Assembly (NCBI RefSeq): GCF_963921235.1
Contig: NC_086109.1
Location: forward strand, 13,766,001 to 13,830,000
Direction: 5' to 3'
From: Mobula hypostoma
Lineage: Eukaryota
Length of the DNA: 64,000 nt
Shown here: piece after piece, positions 1 through 11,828 of the stretch
Numbering within the stretch: position 1 is the stretch's first letter
Layout of the letters: the number at the start of each line of letters is the position of its first letter
Position numbers and translations under genes: made by a program
Notes under the pieces: model-generated
Database searches by the model: none
What the model was told of the DNA's origin: nothing
The model's input: only the letters and a program-made list of their open reading frames with translations

Positions 1-104
1 TCACCCCCACATTGAACTGTTCCCACAACCTAGGGGCTCACTTTCAAGGGCTTTTCATCTCGTGTTCTCAATATTTCTTGCTTATTTATTTATTTATTTA
101 TTTA

Positions 105-136
<32 letters not shown>

Positions 137-612
137 TTCTTTTGTATTTGCACAGTTTGTTGTCTTTTGCACATTTCTTGTTTGTCTTCTTGTTTGTTTG
201 TTTATTTATTTGGAAATACTGTGTGGAGCAGAACTTCCCAGCCCTTCGAGCCACTCCACCCCAGCAACCCCTGTCAACCCCAGTTAAACCCTAACCTAAT
301 CATGGCGCAATTTACGATGACCAATTAACCTACCCGATACAACTTTGGACTGTGGGAGGAAACCGGAGCGCACGGGGAAAACGCACACATTCTACTGGGA
401 GGACATACAGAGGATGTCGGAATTGAACTCTGAACTCCGATACCCCGAGCTGTCATAGAGTCATACTAACCACTTTGCTGTTGTTTCTGTACAGGTTTTT
501 ATTGATTCTATTGTGTTTTTTTTTCGTATTTACTGTGAATGCCTGCAATGAAATGAATCTAGGGTAGTATACGGTGACATATATGTACTTTGATAATAAA
601 TTTACTTTGAAT
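1..612 (+). mobile_element. 3' UTR/tail of a Rex1/Babar-type LINE, interrupted by a SINE
   Basis: Ends ...gtactttgataataaatttactttgaa, the same tail as the RT-bearing copies at 7181 and 56515 (minus strand). Confidence 0.65.
215..480 (-). mobile_element. HE1-like tRNA-derived V-SINE
   Basis: Reverse complement of the V-domain motif (ctttggactgtgggaggaaaccggagc); B-box-like gagttcaattcc on the minus strand. Confidence 0.75.
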
Positions 613-734
613 GAAGGCAATGGCTGCTTGAAACAGGAGGGAGACAGGGAAGTGGTTTATATTAATGGGTGGTTCAGAATTAGCTGTGAAGAGTAGGAGG
701 CACAGTGATATAGTTTATAGAGCCGGTGTCTTAA

Positions 735-1126
735 GGGTGCCAGTAGTCTAGGTTCATCATGGGCTGGAGCTTCCTTAGACATCCAGGACATCTTCAAGGA
801 GCAATGCCTCAAAAAGACAGCGTCCATCATGAAGGACCCATGAGCCATCCCTCAGAACGTGCCCTGCTCGCATTGCTCCCATTAGGAGGGAGTCAGAGGA
901 GCCTGAAGACACACACCGAATGATTCAGGAACAGCTTCATCCCCGCTGCCACAAGATTTCTGCATGGGCATTGAACCCATGAACACTACCTCACAGCTTC
1001 CTTGCTCTTTTTGCATGACTTACTTAATTTATTTCTTTGACTTAGGTAATTCACAGTTTCTATCATTATGTATGGCACTGTACTGCTGCTGCAGAACAAC
1101 AAAATTATTAAACCTGATTCTGATTC
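735..1126 (+). mobile_element. Rex1-type LINE 3' fragment
   Basis: Degenerate ORF C-terminus (gcgtccatcatgaaggaccc...ttcaggaacagcttc) and a (GATTCT)n tail. Confidence 0.7.
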
Positions 1127-2419
1127 AATCGTGACTTCACATGCTGTCTACGTGGAGTCTGCATGCTGTCCCTGTGACACGTGGGTGCCACAAAGACATA
1201 AGTGGTCTGTAGTCACTGGTAACGCGGCTGGTCGTATCTGGGAGAGACGATGAGAGTAAAAGAATGGGATTGATGTGGGATGAGTGCAGATGTGTGCTTG
1301 ATGGCTGGTACAGGCATCAGGGGCTGAAGGGCCTGATTCAAGACTGTATTTCTCTATGACTCTGACGTGAATCCCCTGCACTACTCCCTGTCATACAACA
1401 TAGTCAACAGTCATAGGTGTAAAGCAAGTAGAACAGGGGTCTAAGCACACATCCCCGTGAAGAACATAGATAATGCACATTATCAGCCTCGCGTGGACCA
1501 CTGGATGGATTTTCTATTGAGACCAGGCTGATTGGGATAAGAAATGACATAAAACACCAAGTGGGTCTTCTCGCAAGGTACAGGAACCTGAAAGACACAC
1601 ACTTAACGTTTTAGGAACAGTTTCTTCCCCTCTGCCATCGGATTTCTGATTAGACAATGAACCAACAGACAATTTCTCTCTTTTTGTATTATTTATTTAA
1701 TTTATATATATATTTATTATTGTGTTTTTTTGTATGTATTGCACTGTACTGCTACCACAAAATAGCAAGCTTCACGGTGCATGTATGTGTATACTTGATT
1801 CTGATTCTGAGGAGCTGCATCTGTCTGCTTGAAGCAATTCATAGACTCCACAGCCAGACGTGTTCAGCAGTGCCTCTGGGTTATCGGGTTTAGGAGATGT
1901 GCGGTTTGGGGAGTCACACTTTGTGCTGGGGCAAGTTCCTTTCTGAGCCAGCTGTCCGTGCCACAGTGCTCCTCCACAGCTGCCTCTGCCTCTTTACCCA
2001 CTAATTCCTGCTCCAGGTGTCTGATTGAATCACACTTCCTCCAACCAGCCTCCACCACAATCTCCTCCATCAAAATAAAAGCCTGTTCTCCCTTGCCTCA
2101 CCTTTGTGGCTTTTAGAAAATAATTGTTTGACTTTCAGCTGTTGACTTCAATTTCACTTGAAAAGATCCCCTTAAAGATCTATGTTGATTGAAAACGTGT
2201 TTCAGAAATTCACCTGTTACAATCTCAAAAAAGCATGGGTTAGTAGGTTAATTTGCCACTGTAAATTGCTCCCAGTATGTAGGTGTGTGGTGGAGTTGTG
2301 GTGGGGGAGGGGGTTGACAGGAATGTGGGGAGAATAAAAATTGGGGCTTGGAAGTTTGAAGTCCCACACTGTCATGTCCAGTAAAAACTACTTTACTACA
2401 ACCACTAAGTGCTTGAACG

Positions 2420-3412
2420 AACTTACTGCCTGTTACACCATTGGCTTTTAGGACGCCAATGAAGGTCCTTTATCTCTGGTGGTGTTCAAAGCTTCCTTTA
2501 TCAGAATCAGAGTCAGATTTAACATCACCAGCATATGCCGTGAAATTGGTTATCTTTGCAGCAGTACAATGCAATAAACGATAAATAAATATAGAGAAAA
2601 AAACTGAGTTACATTAGGTATATAAATGTCTATTAAATAGTTAGGTTAAAATAAGTACAGCAAAAAAAAAACAGAAATAAAAATGTAGTTTTCATGGGTT
2701 CAGTGTCCATTCAGAAATTGGATGGCAGAGGGGAAGAAGCTGTTCCTGAATCGCTGAGTGTGTGCCTTCAGCCTTCTGTACCTCCTTCCCGATGGTAACA
2801 GTGAGAAGAGGGCACGTCCTGGGCGGTAGGGGATCCTTAGTAACAGAAGCAGCCTTCCTAAGCCACCACTCATTGAAGATGTCTTGGAGACTACTAAGGC
2901 TGGTACCAATGATGAAGTTGACTGTTTTTCCAAGTTTCTGCTACTTATTTCGATCTTGTGCAGTAGCTCCCTCCGTCACCCCCCTCCGCGACCACACCAG
3001 ACGGAATGCTCTCCATGGTACATTTGTCGAAGTTTTCAAGTGTTTTCGTTGACAAACCAAATCTCAGACTCCGAATGAGATTGGAATTAATATCGGCAGC
3101 TTCCTCTCGGTTTTCTCTACTGTCAGTCATGCAAGTCCCGGGTGGAGACCCAGGAATGCTGTTACACTCATTGCTGTTTCCATAACAGTTTTGTTTTACC
3201 AGTCAGGGTTGTTAGCAATGAGCTGAACCCCCGAACCTGGAGGACTGGCCGACCACTCTTAGTCTGACCTCTACCCTTTGACATGTTTGGCATGGGTGAT
3301 CTTACCAAGAGCCAAAGCACAAGGCCCCGACTCCAGCCAGCATAGCTCTCTGGCTCATTGAGGCACACAAACCTCCAAACCTCCGACAAGGTTGTGGTCA
3401 CTTTGGAGGCTT
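2420..3412 (-). mobile_element. Bipartite non-autonomous RTE-derived element (5' UTR plus 3' end), split by a Rex1 fragment at about 2500-3075
   Basis: The minus strand of 3170-3412 resembles RTE/Expander 5' UTRs (gaccacaaccttgtc...aatga...gagctatg...gactaagagtggtc). 2420-2500 resembles an RTE 3' end. Confidence 0.5.
2500..3075 (-). mobile_element. Rex1-type LINE 3' fragment
   Basis: ORF 2700-2933 contains ALFSLLPSGRRYRRLKAHTQRFRNSFFPSAI; tail cagaatcagagtcag. Confidence 0.8.
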
Positions 3413-3744
3413 GAACCACCTATCTCAGCAACTGAGCACCGATTGCACTGCTATGGAATTAGTGGCCTCATTCTACTTCTGTGTCTTGTGGTCTTTTGGA
3501 AGGAATAAACAAACTTAAGATGCTGGAAATTAAAAAAATAAAAGCAGGAGAAGCTCAACAAATCAAGCAGCATTGATAGATAGAAAAATAGTTAATCTAG
3601 GGCTTGTCATCAGAACTGAGAAAGAGAGAAACAAGTTAGTCTAGAGACGGTGGGGAGGGCGGGAGGTGGAACAAAAGTGATTTTCTTTGATGTGGCTTAT
3701 GTAAAATAGCTGTTACTGGGCACTTAACAGCTCCCTGTCATCGA

Positions 3745-4085
3745 GGACAGAGACTCAAGAGGCAGAGACTCAAGAAGGTGGCATCCATCACCCCTCCATC
3801 CACAACACGCTCTCTTCTCATTGCTACCATCAGGGAGAGGAACAGGAGCCTGAAGACACACACTCAACATTTTAGGAACAGCTTCTTCCCCCCTGCCATC
3901 AGATTTCTGAATGGACAATCAACGCATAAACACTACTATTTTTGCTTTATTTTTGCACTGATTTTTTAAGTATATGTTTCTTATTGTGATTCACAGTATA
4001 TTTTATGTCTTGCACTGTACTGGTACCACAAAACAACAAATTGCACAACATAGGTCAGTGATAATAAGCCTGATTCCGATTCTGG
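3745..4085 (+). mobile_element. Rex1-type LINE 3' fragment
   Basis: RSLKTHTQHFRNSFFPPAIRFLN followed by the 3' UTR and GATTC tail. Confidence 0.75.
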
Positions 4086-4524
4086 TTGCTAAAATAACGT
4101 TTGTATAATGTTATATAGGGTGTTACTGTTGTATAACGTGGCCTACTGGGTTATTACCATTGATCGATCACCAACAGTAATTGAAAAATGCTGGATTTTC
4201 TAGCAGGTGAGGACAGGGTGGGAAATGGCCACAGAAGTAATGCGATTGCTGAATGGTGTGTGAGAGCAGGAGGCGCCTGTCAATGTATCAGAAAAAGAAA
4301 TGACAAAGAAGGGTCTCCCACCGGAAATGCTGACCCTATCTCTCTTCCCACAGATACATCCTTACCTGTTGAGTGTTTCTAGCATTTTCTGCTTTTCGTT
4401 TTCCAGCACCTGCTGTTTTTATTCAGATTTCCGCCATGAGAAGATCCCCAGTGTTTGCAATATTTCTACCTGAGCCTTTGTTCACAATGGTGACGTTCCA
4501 CGTGTCTCTGGAGCTGTCACACCG

Positions 4525-4850
4525 TGGTGTGAATTCATCTCAGTACATCACGGGTAAAACCCTCCCAACCACCGAGCACGTCTACATGAAACGTTGCCAT
4601 AGGAAAGCAGCATCCATTATCAAAGATCCTCATCACCCAGGCCATGCTCTTTTCTCACTGCAGCCATCAGGTAGAAGGTAGAAGTGTCTCAGGATTCACA
4701 CCACCAGGTTCAAGAATAGTTACTATCCCTCAACAATCAGGCTCTTGAGCAAAAGGGGATAACTACACTCATTCTACTTCTGGTGTTTCCACAATCAATG
4801 ATCTGACTTTAAGGACTCTTTACTTTGTTATTTCATTCTTGTTTCATGCT
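4525..4850 (+). mobile_element. Rex1-type LINE 3' fragment
   Basis: KAASIIKDPHHPGHALFSLQPSGRR motif. Confidence 0.75.
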
Positions 4851-4881
4851 ATCTACAGGATCTATGCCTCTCATAAGCTTA

Positions 4882-5570
4882 TGTAAGGGGTTTCTTTTTT
4901 ATTTGTCACTGCGTAGTCTAATTAAAATGGCCTCTTTGTTATGTTATAATTGAAAGGGCTTCTTTGTTATGTTAACTGCTGAGAAAGTCCTTCCTGCTAG
5001 CAGCTTGTTTGAATCACGTTACTGATAAGAAGATGTTATGAACCAATTGGGATAGTTGTTATGTTTTTGGTGTATCTGTAAGATATTGTATGCGCAGGGT
5101 TTTGGGGCAGAAGGCGGGAGAGAGAGAGACAGAGGATGGACCAGGTGCTGTGAGTCCGCTAGCGGGGTCGGACCCCAAGCGGGGCGTTCGGCGAGGAGAG
5201 GAGATGGAGACAGACTCGTGTGGAGCGTCTGGTCGACCACCGTTGTTAGTCCCAGGCAGCCGGTCGAGGTGGTCTGAGGGGTCGCAGGGTGAAGAAGAAG
5301 GGTCCTGAGCTCCAACTGTTTGTGCACGAAGAGATTGAACTTTGATAAGTGTGGCACCTTTTATTTTCCTTTTATATTTTATTCTCTATTAATTATATAG
5401 TTCCAGTAATATCTATAAACTGTAAATCATTTAATCCTATCTGGTGTATTGTCTGTTATTTGGGTGGGGTGGGGTACATCACAAACTGATTACCCGATTT
5501 GGCGGGGCCGAGGGCTGTCTCCCTAGATGACAGCGAGCCGAGCGACCCTGAGGCTGGCAGGGGGGCTACA
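4882..5570. mobile_element. Solo LTR (689 bp)
   Basis: Starts TGTA and ends TACA. 4-bp direct repeat CTTA at 4878-4881 and 5571-5574. Interrupts a CR1-like fragment that rejoins across it. Confidence 0.75.
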
Positions 5571-5668
5571 CTTATATACTTCTCTAGGTCACCCCACGGC
5601 CTCCTTCACTCCAGGGAAAAATCTCCTCTGCACTCTTTCCAGTACAATCACTGTCTTAATGTATAAGA

Positions 5669-5722
<54 letters not shown>
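5669..5722. repeat. (TG)n microsatellite
   Basis: Directly visible. Confidence 0.98.
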
Positions 5723-5725
<3 letters not shown>

Positions 5726-5998
5726 ACATTAACTATTCTTCTCTCCACAGATGCTGCCTGATTTGCTGAGTTTCTCCTGCTTTCATTTTTAATTTTTGAG
5801 TTTTGTTTACTCTTTCCATAAGACCACAAGACGCAAGCCACTAATTCCATGGTAGTGCAAGAGGCATTCCGTTGCTGAGATAGGATTAGGTTTGTGCAAG
5901 TTGTTTCAAGCCTCCAAGAGGACCACAATCTGTCACAGAGTGGAGGCTCCAAGCCAGGACCTGATAAATCTCCTCTACCCTCAATCCAGTACAATCAA

Positions 5999-6020
5999 TG
6001 TGTGTGTGTATGTGTGCACA

Positions 6021-6068
<48 letters not shown>

Positions 6069-6531
6069 CGCGCGTGTGTGTGTGTGTGTGTGTGTGAGTG
6101 TGTGTGTGTGTGTGCGTGTGCGCGCGTGTGTGTGTGTGTGTGTGTGTGCGTGTGCACATGTGCGTGTGTGTGTGTGTGTGCGTGCGTGCGCGCGCGTGTG
6201 TGTGTGTGTGTGTGAGTGTGTGTGTGTGTGTGCGTGTGCGCGTGTGTGTGTGTTTGTGCGTGTGTGCGTGTGCACATGTGCGTGTGTGTGTGTGTGCGTG
6301 CGTGCGTGCGTGTGTGTGTGTGTGCGTGTGTGTGTGTGCGTGCGTGCGCGCGTGCGCGCGTGTGTGTGTGTGTGTGAGTGTGTGTGTGTGTGTGTGCGTG
6401 TGCGCGTGTGTGTGTGTGTGTGTGTGTGCGTGCGTGCGTGCGCGCGTGTGTGTGTGTGTGTGTGTGTGCGTGCGCGCGTGCGTGAGTGTGTGTGTGTGTG
6501 AGTGTGTGTGTGTGTGTGTGTGCGTGTGCGC

Positions 6532-6563
<32 letters not shown>

Positions 6564-6568
6564 GCACA

Positions 6569-6650
<82 letters not shown>
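5999..6650. repeat. Compound (TG/CG)n microsatellite, about 650 bp
   Basis: Near-continuous alternating purine-pyrimidine tract ending in (GA)n. Confidence 0.98.
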
Positions 6651-6659
6651 CACGAAGCT

Positions 6660-6878
6660 ATTACAGGTCGCGGCATCCCAGAGTTAGGAGTCCAGTTCCG
6701 CAGCTGTCCACAAGCAGTTTGTGTGCTCTCCCTGTGAATTGCATGGGTTTCCTCCCACATCCCAAAGACATACTGTTCAGTAGGTTAGTTGGTCATTGTA
6801 AATCGTCCTGTGATTAAGCTAGAGTTAAATAGGTGGGTTGGTGGGCCAGAACAGACTGTACCACGAAATAAATAAATT
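6660..6878 (+). mobile_element. HE1-like V-SINE
   Basis: gggtttcctcccacatcccaaagac...gttagttggtcattgtaaat V-domain; (AAAT)n tail. Confidence 0.7.
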
Positions 6879-7240
6879 GTAGAGGCTTGTGGTGTCATTC
6901 TGTCTGTGATTTATTTTACAGAGCTCGGGCTGGATGATCCCTTTAACACTGCAACTATATATAAAGACCTCTCGACATTTTTGCACTGAAGTGAGAATTT
7001 TCCCTTCCCTGCGCCAAACAAATTCATCATCAATAACTGAGATTACAGATAAATCTGTTTCCTGCAGCTTTGACATCAATAGTTGTTAATCTTCCACAGT
7101 CTGCTGAAAGAGCTGCATTTGAAAGGGAGTCTTCAACCAATCCCTCACAATAAGAACACAGCCTGTATTTATATGGCACTTTCAAATTCAAACTTCAAAG
7201 GAAATTTATTATCAAAGTACATATATGTCAGCATAGACAG

Positions 7241-9614
7241 GCTCTAGATGATCTGAGCAATGTGATTGACATGCACGAAACAGCACACCTAGATGCCTTC
7301 ACCATCATTTTGGGAGACTTTAACCAGTCCAGCTTGAAAAACTCACTAAATAATTATCATTAAGTGTAATTATCATTACACTTGTAGTACCAGAGGAAAC
7401 TTCACACTGGACCACTGTTACACCATCATCAAGATGCCTTCCATGCTACTCCACGCCCACACTTTGAAAAGTCTGATCACCTTGCTGGGCTTCTACTCCC
7501 TGAGTATAGGCAGAGACTGAAGACTGCAGCACCAGTAGTGAGGACCAAGGAGGTATGGACAAGGGAAGCACAGGACTGCTTTGAATTTGTGGACTGGACT
7601 GTATTCAGAGATACATCTTCAAATCTGGATGAGCATGCCACATTAACTGACTTCATTAAAGCCTGTCTGGGTGAGTGTGTGCCTACGAAAACTTGCTGTA
7701 CATTCTCAAACCAAAAACCGTGGATGAACCAGGAGGTACGTCATCGGCTGAGGGCTAGATGAGTGGTACTTAAGTATGGTGACCCAGCTCTGTACAAGAA
7801 AGCCAGGTATGATTTGCGAAGGTGTATTTCAAGAGCGAAGTAACAATTCTGAGCAAGGTTGGAGGCGACATCGGATGCATTTCAACTCTGGCAGGGTTTG
7901 CGGGACATTACTTCCTACAAAGTGAAACCCAATAGCATGAATGGCAGCAATGCTTCACTTCCAGACAAACGCAATGCCTTCTATGCCCCCTTTGAAAGGG
8001 AAAATATAACTACAGCTGTGACAATCCCTGCTGCACCTGGTGACCCTGTGATCTCTGTCTCGGAGGCCAACGTCAGGCTGTCTTTCAGGGGGGGTGAACC
8101 CTTGCAAGGCGGAAGGCCCTGATGGAGTACCTGGTAGGGTTCTGAAAACCTGTGCCAACTAACTGGTGGGAGTATTCAAGGACATTTTCAACTTTCACTG
8201 CTACAGTTGGAAGTTCCCACCTGCTTCAAAAAGGGAACAATTATACCAGTGCCCAAGAAGAATAATGTGAGCTGCCTTAATGACTATCGCCCAGTAGCAT
8301 TCACACCTATGTTGATAAAATGCTTTAGGAGGTTGGTCATGGCTAAGATGAACTCCAGCCTCAGCAGGGACCTGGACTCACTGCAGTTTTCCTATTTCCA
8401 CAACAGGTCCACGGCAGACGCAATCTTAATGGCTCTTCACACAAGCTTCAGTCACCTGGACAATACAAACACCTACGTTCATTGACTATAGCTCAGCATG
8501 TAACATCATCATTTCTACAGTCCTGATCAATAAGCTATGGAACCTGGGCCTCTGTACCTCCCTCTTCAATTGAATCCTCAGCATCCTCACTGGAAAACCA
8601 CAATCTATGCAGATTGTTATTAATATCTCTTCCTCGTTGACAATCAACGCTGGCACACCTCAGGGCTGTGTGCTTAGCCCACTGCTCCAATCTCTCTACA
8701 CCTACGACTGTGTGGCAGAGTATAGCTCAAATGCCATCTATAAATTTGATGATGATACAACCATTGTTGGTGGAAACTCTGATGAAGGTGAGAGGGCGTA
8801 CAGGAGCGAGATATACCAGCTAGTTGAGTGGGGTCGCAGCCACAACCTTGCACTCAATGTCAGTAAGATGAAAGAGCTGATTGTGGACTTTAGGAAAGGT
8901 AAGACAAAGAAACACACACCAATCCTCATAGAGGGATCAGAAGTAGAGAGAGTGAGCAGTTTCAAATTCCTGGGTGTCAAGATCTCTGAAGATCTAACCT
9001 GATTCCAACACATCAATGCAGCTATAAAGAAGGCAGGACAGCGGTTATATCTCATTAGGGGTTTGTCACCTAAAACACTCAAAAACGTCTATAAATGTAC
9101 AATGGAGAGCATTCTGACAGGCTGCATCACTGTCTGGTACTGGTGGGGGGGAGGGAGCTAGTGCACAGGACCAAAAGAAGCTACAGAAAGTTGTAATAGT
9201 AGTCAGCTCCATCTTGGGTACTACCCTTGTAGTATCCAAGACATCTTCAAAGAGCGATGCCCCAGAAAGGCAGCATCCATCATTAAGGACCCCCATCACC
9301 CAGGACATGTCCTCTTCTCATTGTTACCATCAGAAATGAGGAACAGAAGCCTGAAGACACATTCTGAGCGATTCAGAAACAGCTTCTCCCTCTCTGCCAT
9401 ATAATCCTAAAGGAATATTGAACCCATGAACATTACCTCACTTTTTTAAAATACATATATAATTTCTATTTTAGTACTATTTTTAATCTACCTATTGAAT
9501 ATATATAGATATACTTAGTGTAATTGATCCACTTTTTTTCTTTCCATATTATCATATATTGCTTTGTACTGTTAACAACATATGCTGGTGATAATAAACC
9601 TGATTCTGATTCTG
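7241..9614 (+). mobile_element. Rex1/Babar-type LINE (endonuclease C-terminus plus RT), decayed and 5'-truncated
   Basis: ORF pieces [39 protein letters not shown]; many stops and frameshifts; (GATTCT)n tail. Confidence 0.9.
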
Positions 9615-9828
9615 ATATACAATCCTGAGATTTATTTTCTTACAGGTATACCAGAAAAAAATAACCACGATAGAATCAATGAAGGGCCGCTCCAACTTGA
9701 GCGTTCAGCTAGTATGCAAAAGACAACAAACCGTGCAAATACAAAAAGAAAGAAAGAATAATAATAATAAATAAATTAGCAATAAATATCAAGAACATGA
9801 GGTGAAGAGTCCTTGAAAGTGAGCCCAT

Positions 9829-10466
9829 CTTCTGGCGGGAGGAGAAGATGGCGGCGTGACGCAGCGCGCGCAGCTCTCCGGTGAAATTATATCATATTTG
9901 TAAGTAGGATGCCATGCACAATCCTAATTTGATGGAGATAGACGTGAGAAACACGGAGGAACATCTGGAGAAACTTCTGAAACGCCCGGTTCGCTGCCGC
10001 TGCTACTGTGCGATTGAGAATCTCCGGAGGGAAGGCTTCAAAATCCTCGGCTTTGGCTGCTGCTGGCGGCCGGGGCTGGGGTCGAAGCGCTCAGCAGAGA
10101 TGGTGCTTGGTACTCGGTGTCAAAGGGCTGGTCGGAGACTTGAAGTTTTCGGACGACTCAGAGTCGGACTGTGGTTGGGCATGGCAGGGAGAGTTTTCTT
10201 CCTTCTCCCGTCTGCGTGAGATGTGGGACTTCCGAGAGACTTTGAACTTTTTTTTACCGTGCCCATGGCCTGTTCTTCATCAAGTTATGGTATTGCTTGC
10301 ACTGTTGTAACTATATGTTATAATTATGTGGTTTTTGTCAGTTTTTTTGGTCTTGGTCTGTCATGTGTTTCAGTGATATCACACTGGAGGAATATTGTAT
10401 CATTTCTTAATGCATGCATTACTAAATGACAATAAAAGAGGACTGTGTGTCCTCATAATCTAAAAA
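9829..10466 (+). mobile_element. Non-coding non-autonomous retroelement with a GC-rich head
   Basis: Clean insertion in a LINE 3' UTR; AAGATGGCGGC near the 5' end; CpG-rich head; AATAAA and a short A tail. Confidence 0.55.
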
Positions 10467-11828
10467 ATATGTAGTGGGAACATTTCAATGATGGAGTAAG
10501 TGAAGTTCAGTGAAGTTATCCTCGTTGGTTCAAAAGCCTGATGGTTGAAGGGTAATCAATGTTCCTGATCTTGTTGGTGTGAGTCCTGAGGCTCCTGTAC
10601 CTTCTTCCTGATGGCAGCAGTGAGAAGAGAGCACGTCCTGGGTGGTGGGGGTCTCTGATGATGGATGCTGCTTTTCTGTGACAACATTTCATGTAGATGT
10701 GCTCAGGGGCTGTGAGGGCTTTGCCCATGATGAACTGTGTTGTATTCAATACATTTCGTGGGATTTTCCGTTCAAGGGTATTGGTATTCCCATACCAGGC
10801 TGTGATGCAGCAAGTTAATATACTTTCTGCTACACAACTATACAAGTTTGTCAAAGTTTTAGGTGTCTTGCAGTTTCTTCGCAAAATCCTAACAAAGTAG
10901 GGCTGCTGCTGTGCTTTCTTCATAAGTGCACTTACATGTTGGGCCCATGTTAGTTTCTCCAAAATAATAACACCAAGGAATTTAACGTTGCTGACCCTCT
11001 CCTCCTATGATCCTGGTCCGTGGACCTCTGGATTCCTCCTCCTGCAGTCAATAGTCAACTCCTTGGTTTTTCTGACATTCAGTAAGAGATTGTTGTTGTG
11101 GCACCGCTGAGCCAGATTTTCAATCTCTCTGATACTTTAAGTCATCACCACCTTTGATTCAGCCCATGACAGAGGTGTTATCAGAAAACGTGAATATGCC
11201 ATTGGAGCTGTGCTTTGCTACACAGTCATAAGTGTAAAGCGAGTAGAGAAAGGGAATAAGTACACATCCTGGTGGTGTACCTGTACGGATGCAGATCCCA
11301 AGGAGATATTGTTGCCAATCTAATTGACCAGGGTTTGCAAGTGAGGAAAACGAGGATCCAGTTGTACAAGGTGGTATTGAGGTCAGGTTCGAGAAGCTTA
11401 TTGATTAGTTTTGTGAGAAATGATGGTATTGAATGCTGAGCTATAGTCAATGAAGACCATTCTGATGTATGTCTCTTTGCTGTCCAGATGTTCCAGAGTT
11501 GAGTGAAGAGCCAGTGAGATGGCATCTGTTGCGGACCTGTTGCCCTGGTAGGCAAATTGGAGTGGATCCAAGTCATTTCTCAGGCAGGAGTTGATGTGTT
11601 TCATCACCAACCTCTCAAAACACTTCAGCACACTGGATGTAATTGCTAATGGGTGATAGTTGTTGAGGCAGGTCACTACATTCTTCTTGGGCGCTGGTAT
11701 AATTGAAGCCTGCTTGAAGCAGTTGGGTACCTCAGACTGCAGGACTCTTCGAAGAGTCTCAGGCTGAAGCGTCAACTGTACTCTTTTTCCATAGATGCTG
11801 CCTAGTCTTCTGAGTTCCTCCAGCACTT

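Larger units (their letters stand above)
7181..11740 (-). mobile_element. 5'-truncated Rex1-type LINE split into three pieces (7181-7240, 9615-9828, 10467-11740) by two insertions
   Basis: RT motifs in ORFs 11398-11826 ([26 protein letters not shown]) and 10516-10962. The 3' UTR pieces rejoin when compared with the uninterrupted copy at 18158-18712. Confidence 0.8.

Noticed and set aside
1864..2073. 69-aa minus-strand ORF as a host exon
   Set aside because: No recognisable protein similarity or clear splice sites; may be a decayed LINE 3' end.
5886..6817. Long His/Thr- and Val/Cys-rich ORFs (up to 259 aa)
   Set aside because: Translations of the (TG/CG)n microsatellite, which lacks stop codons.
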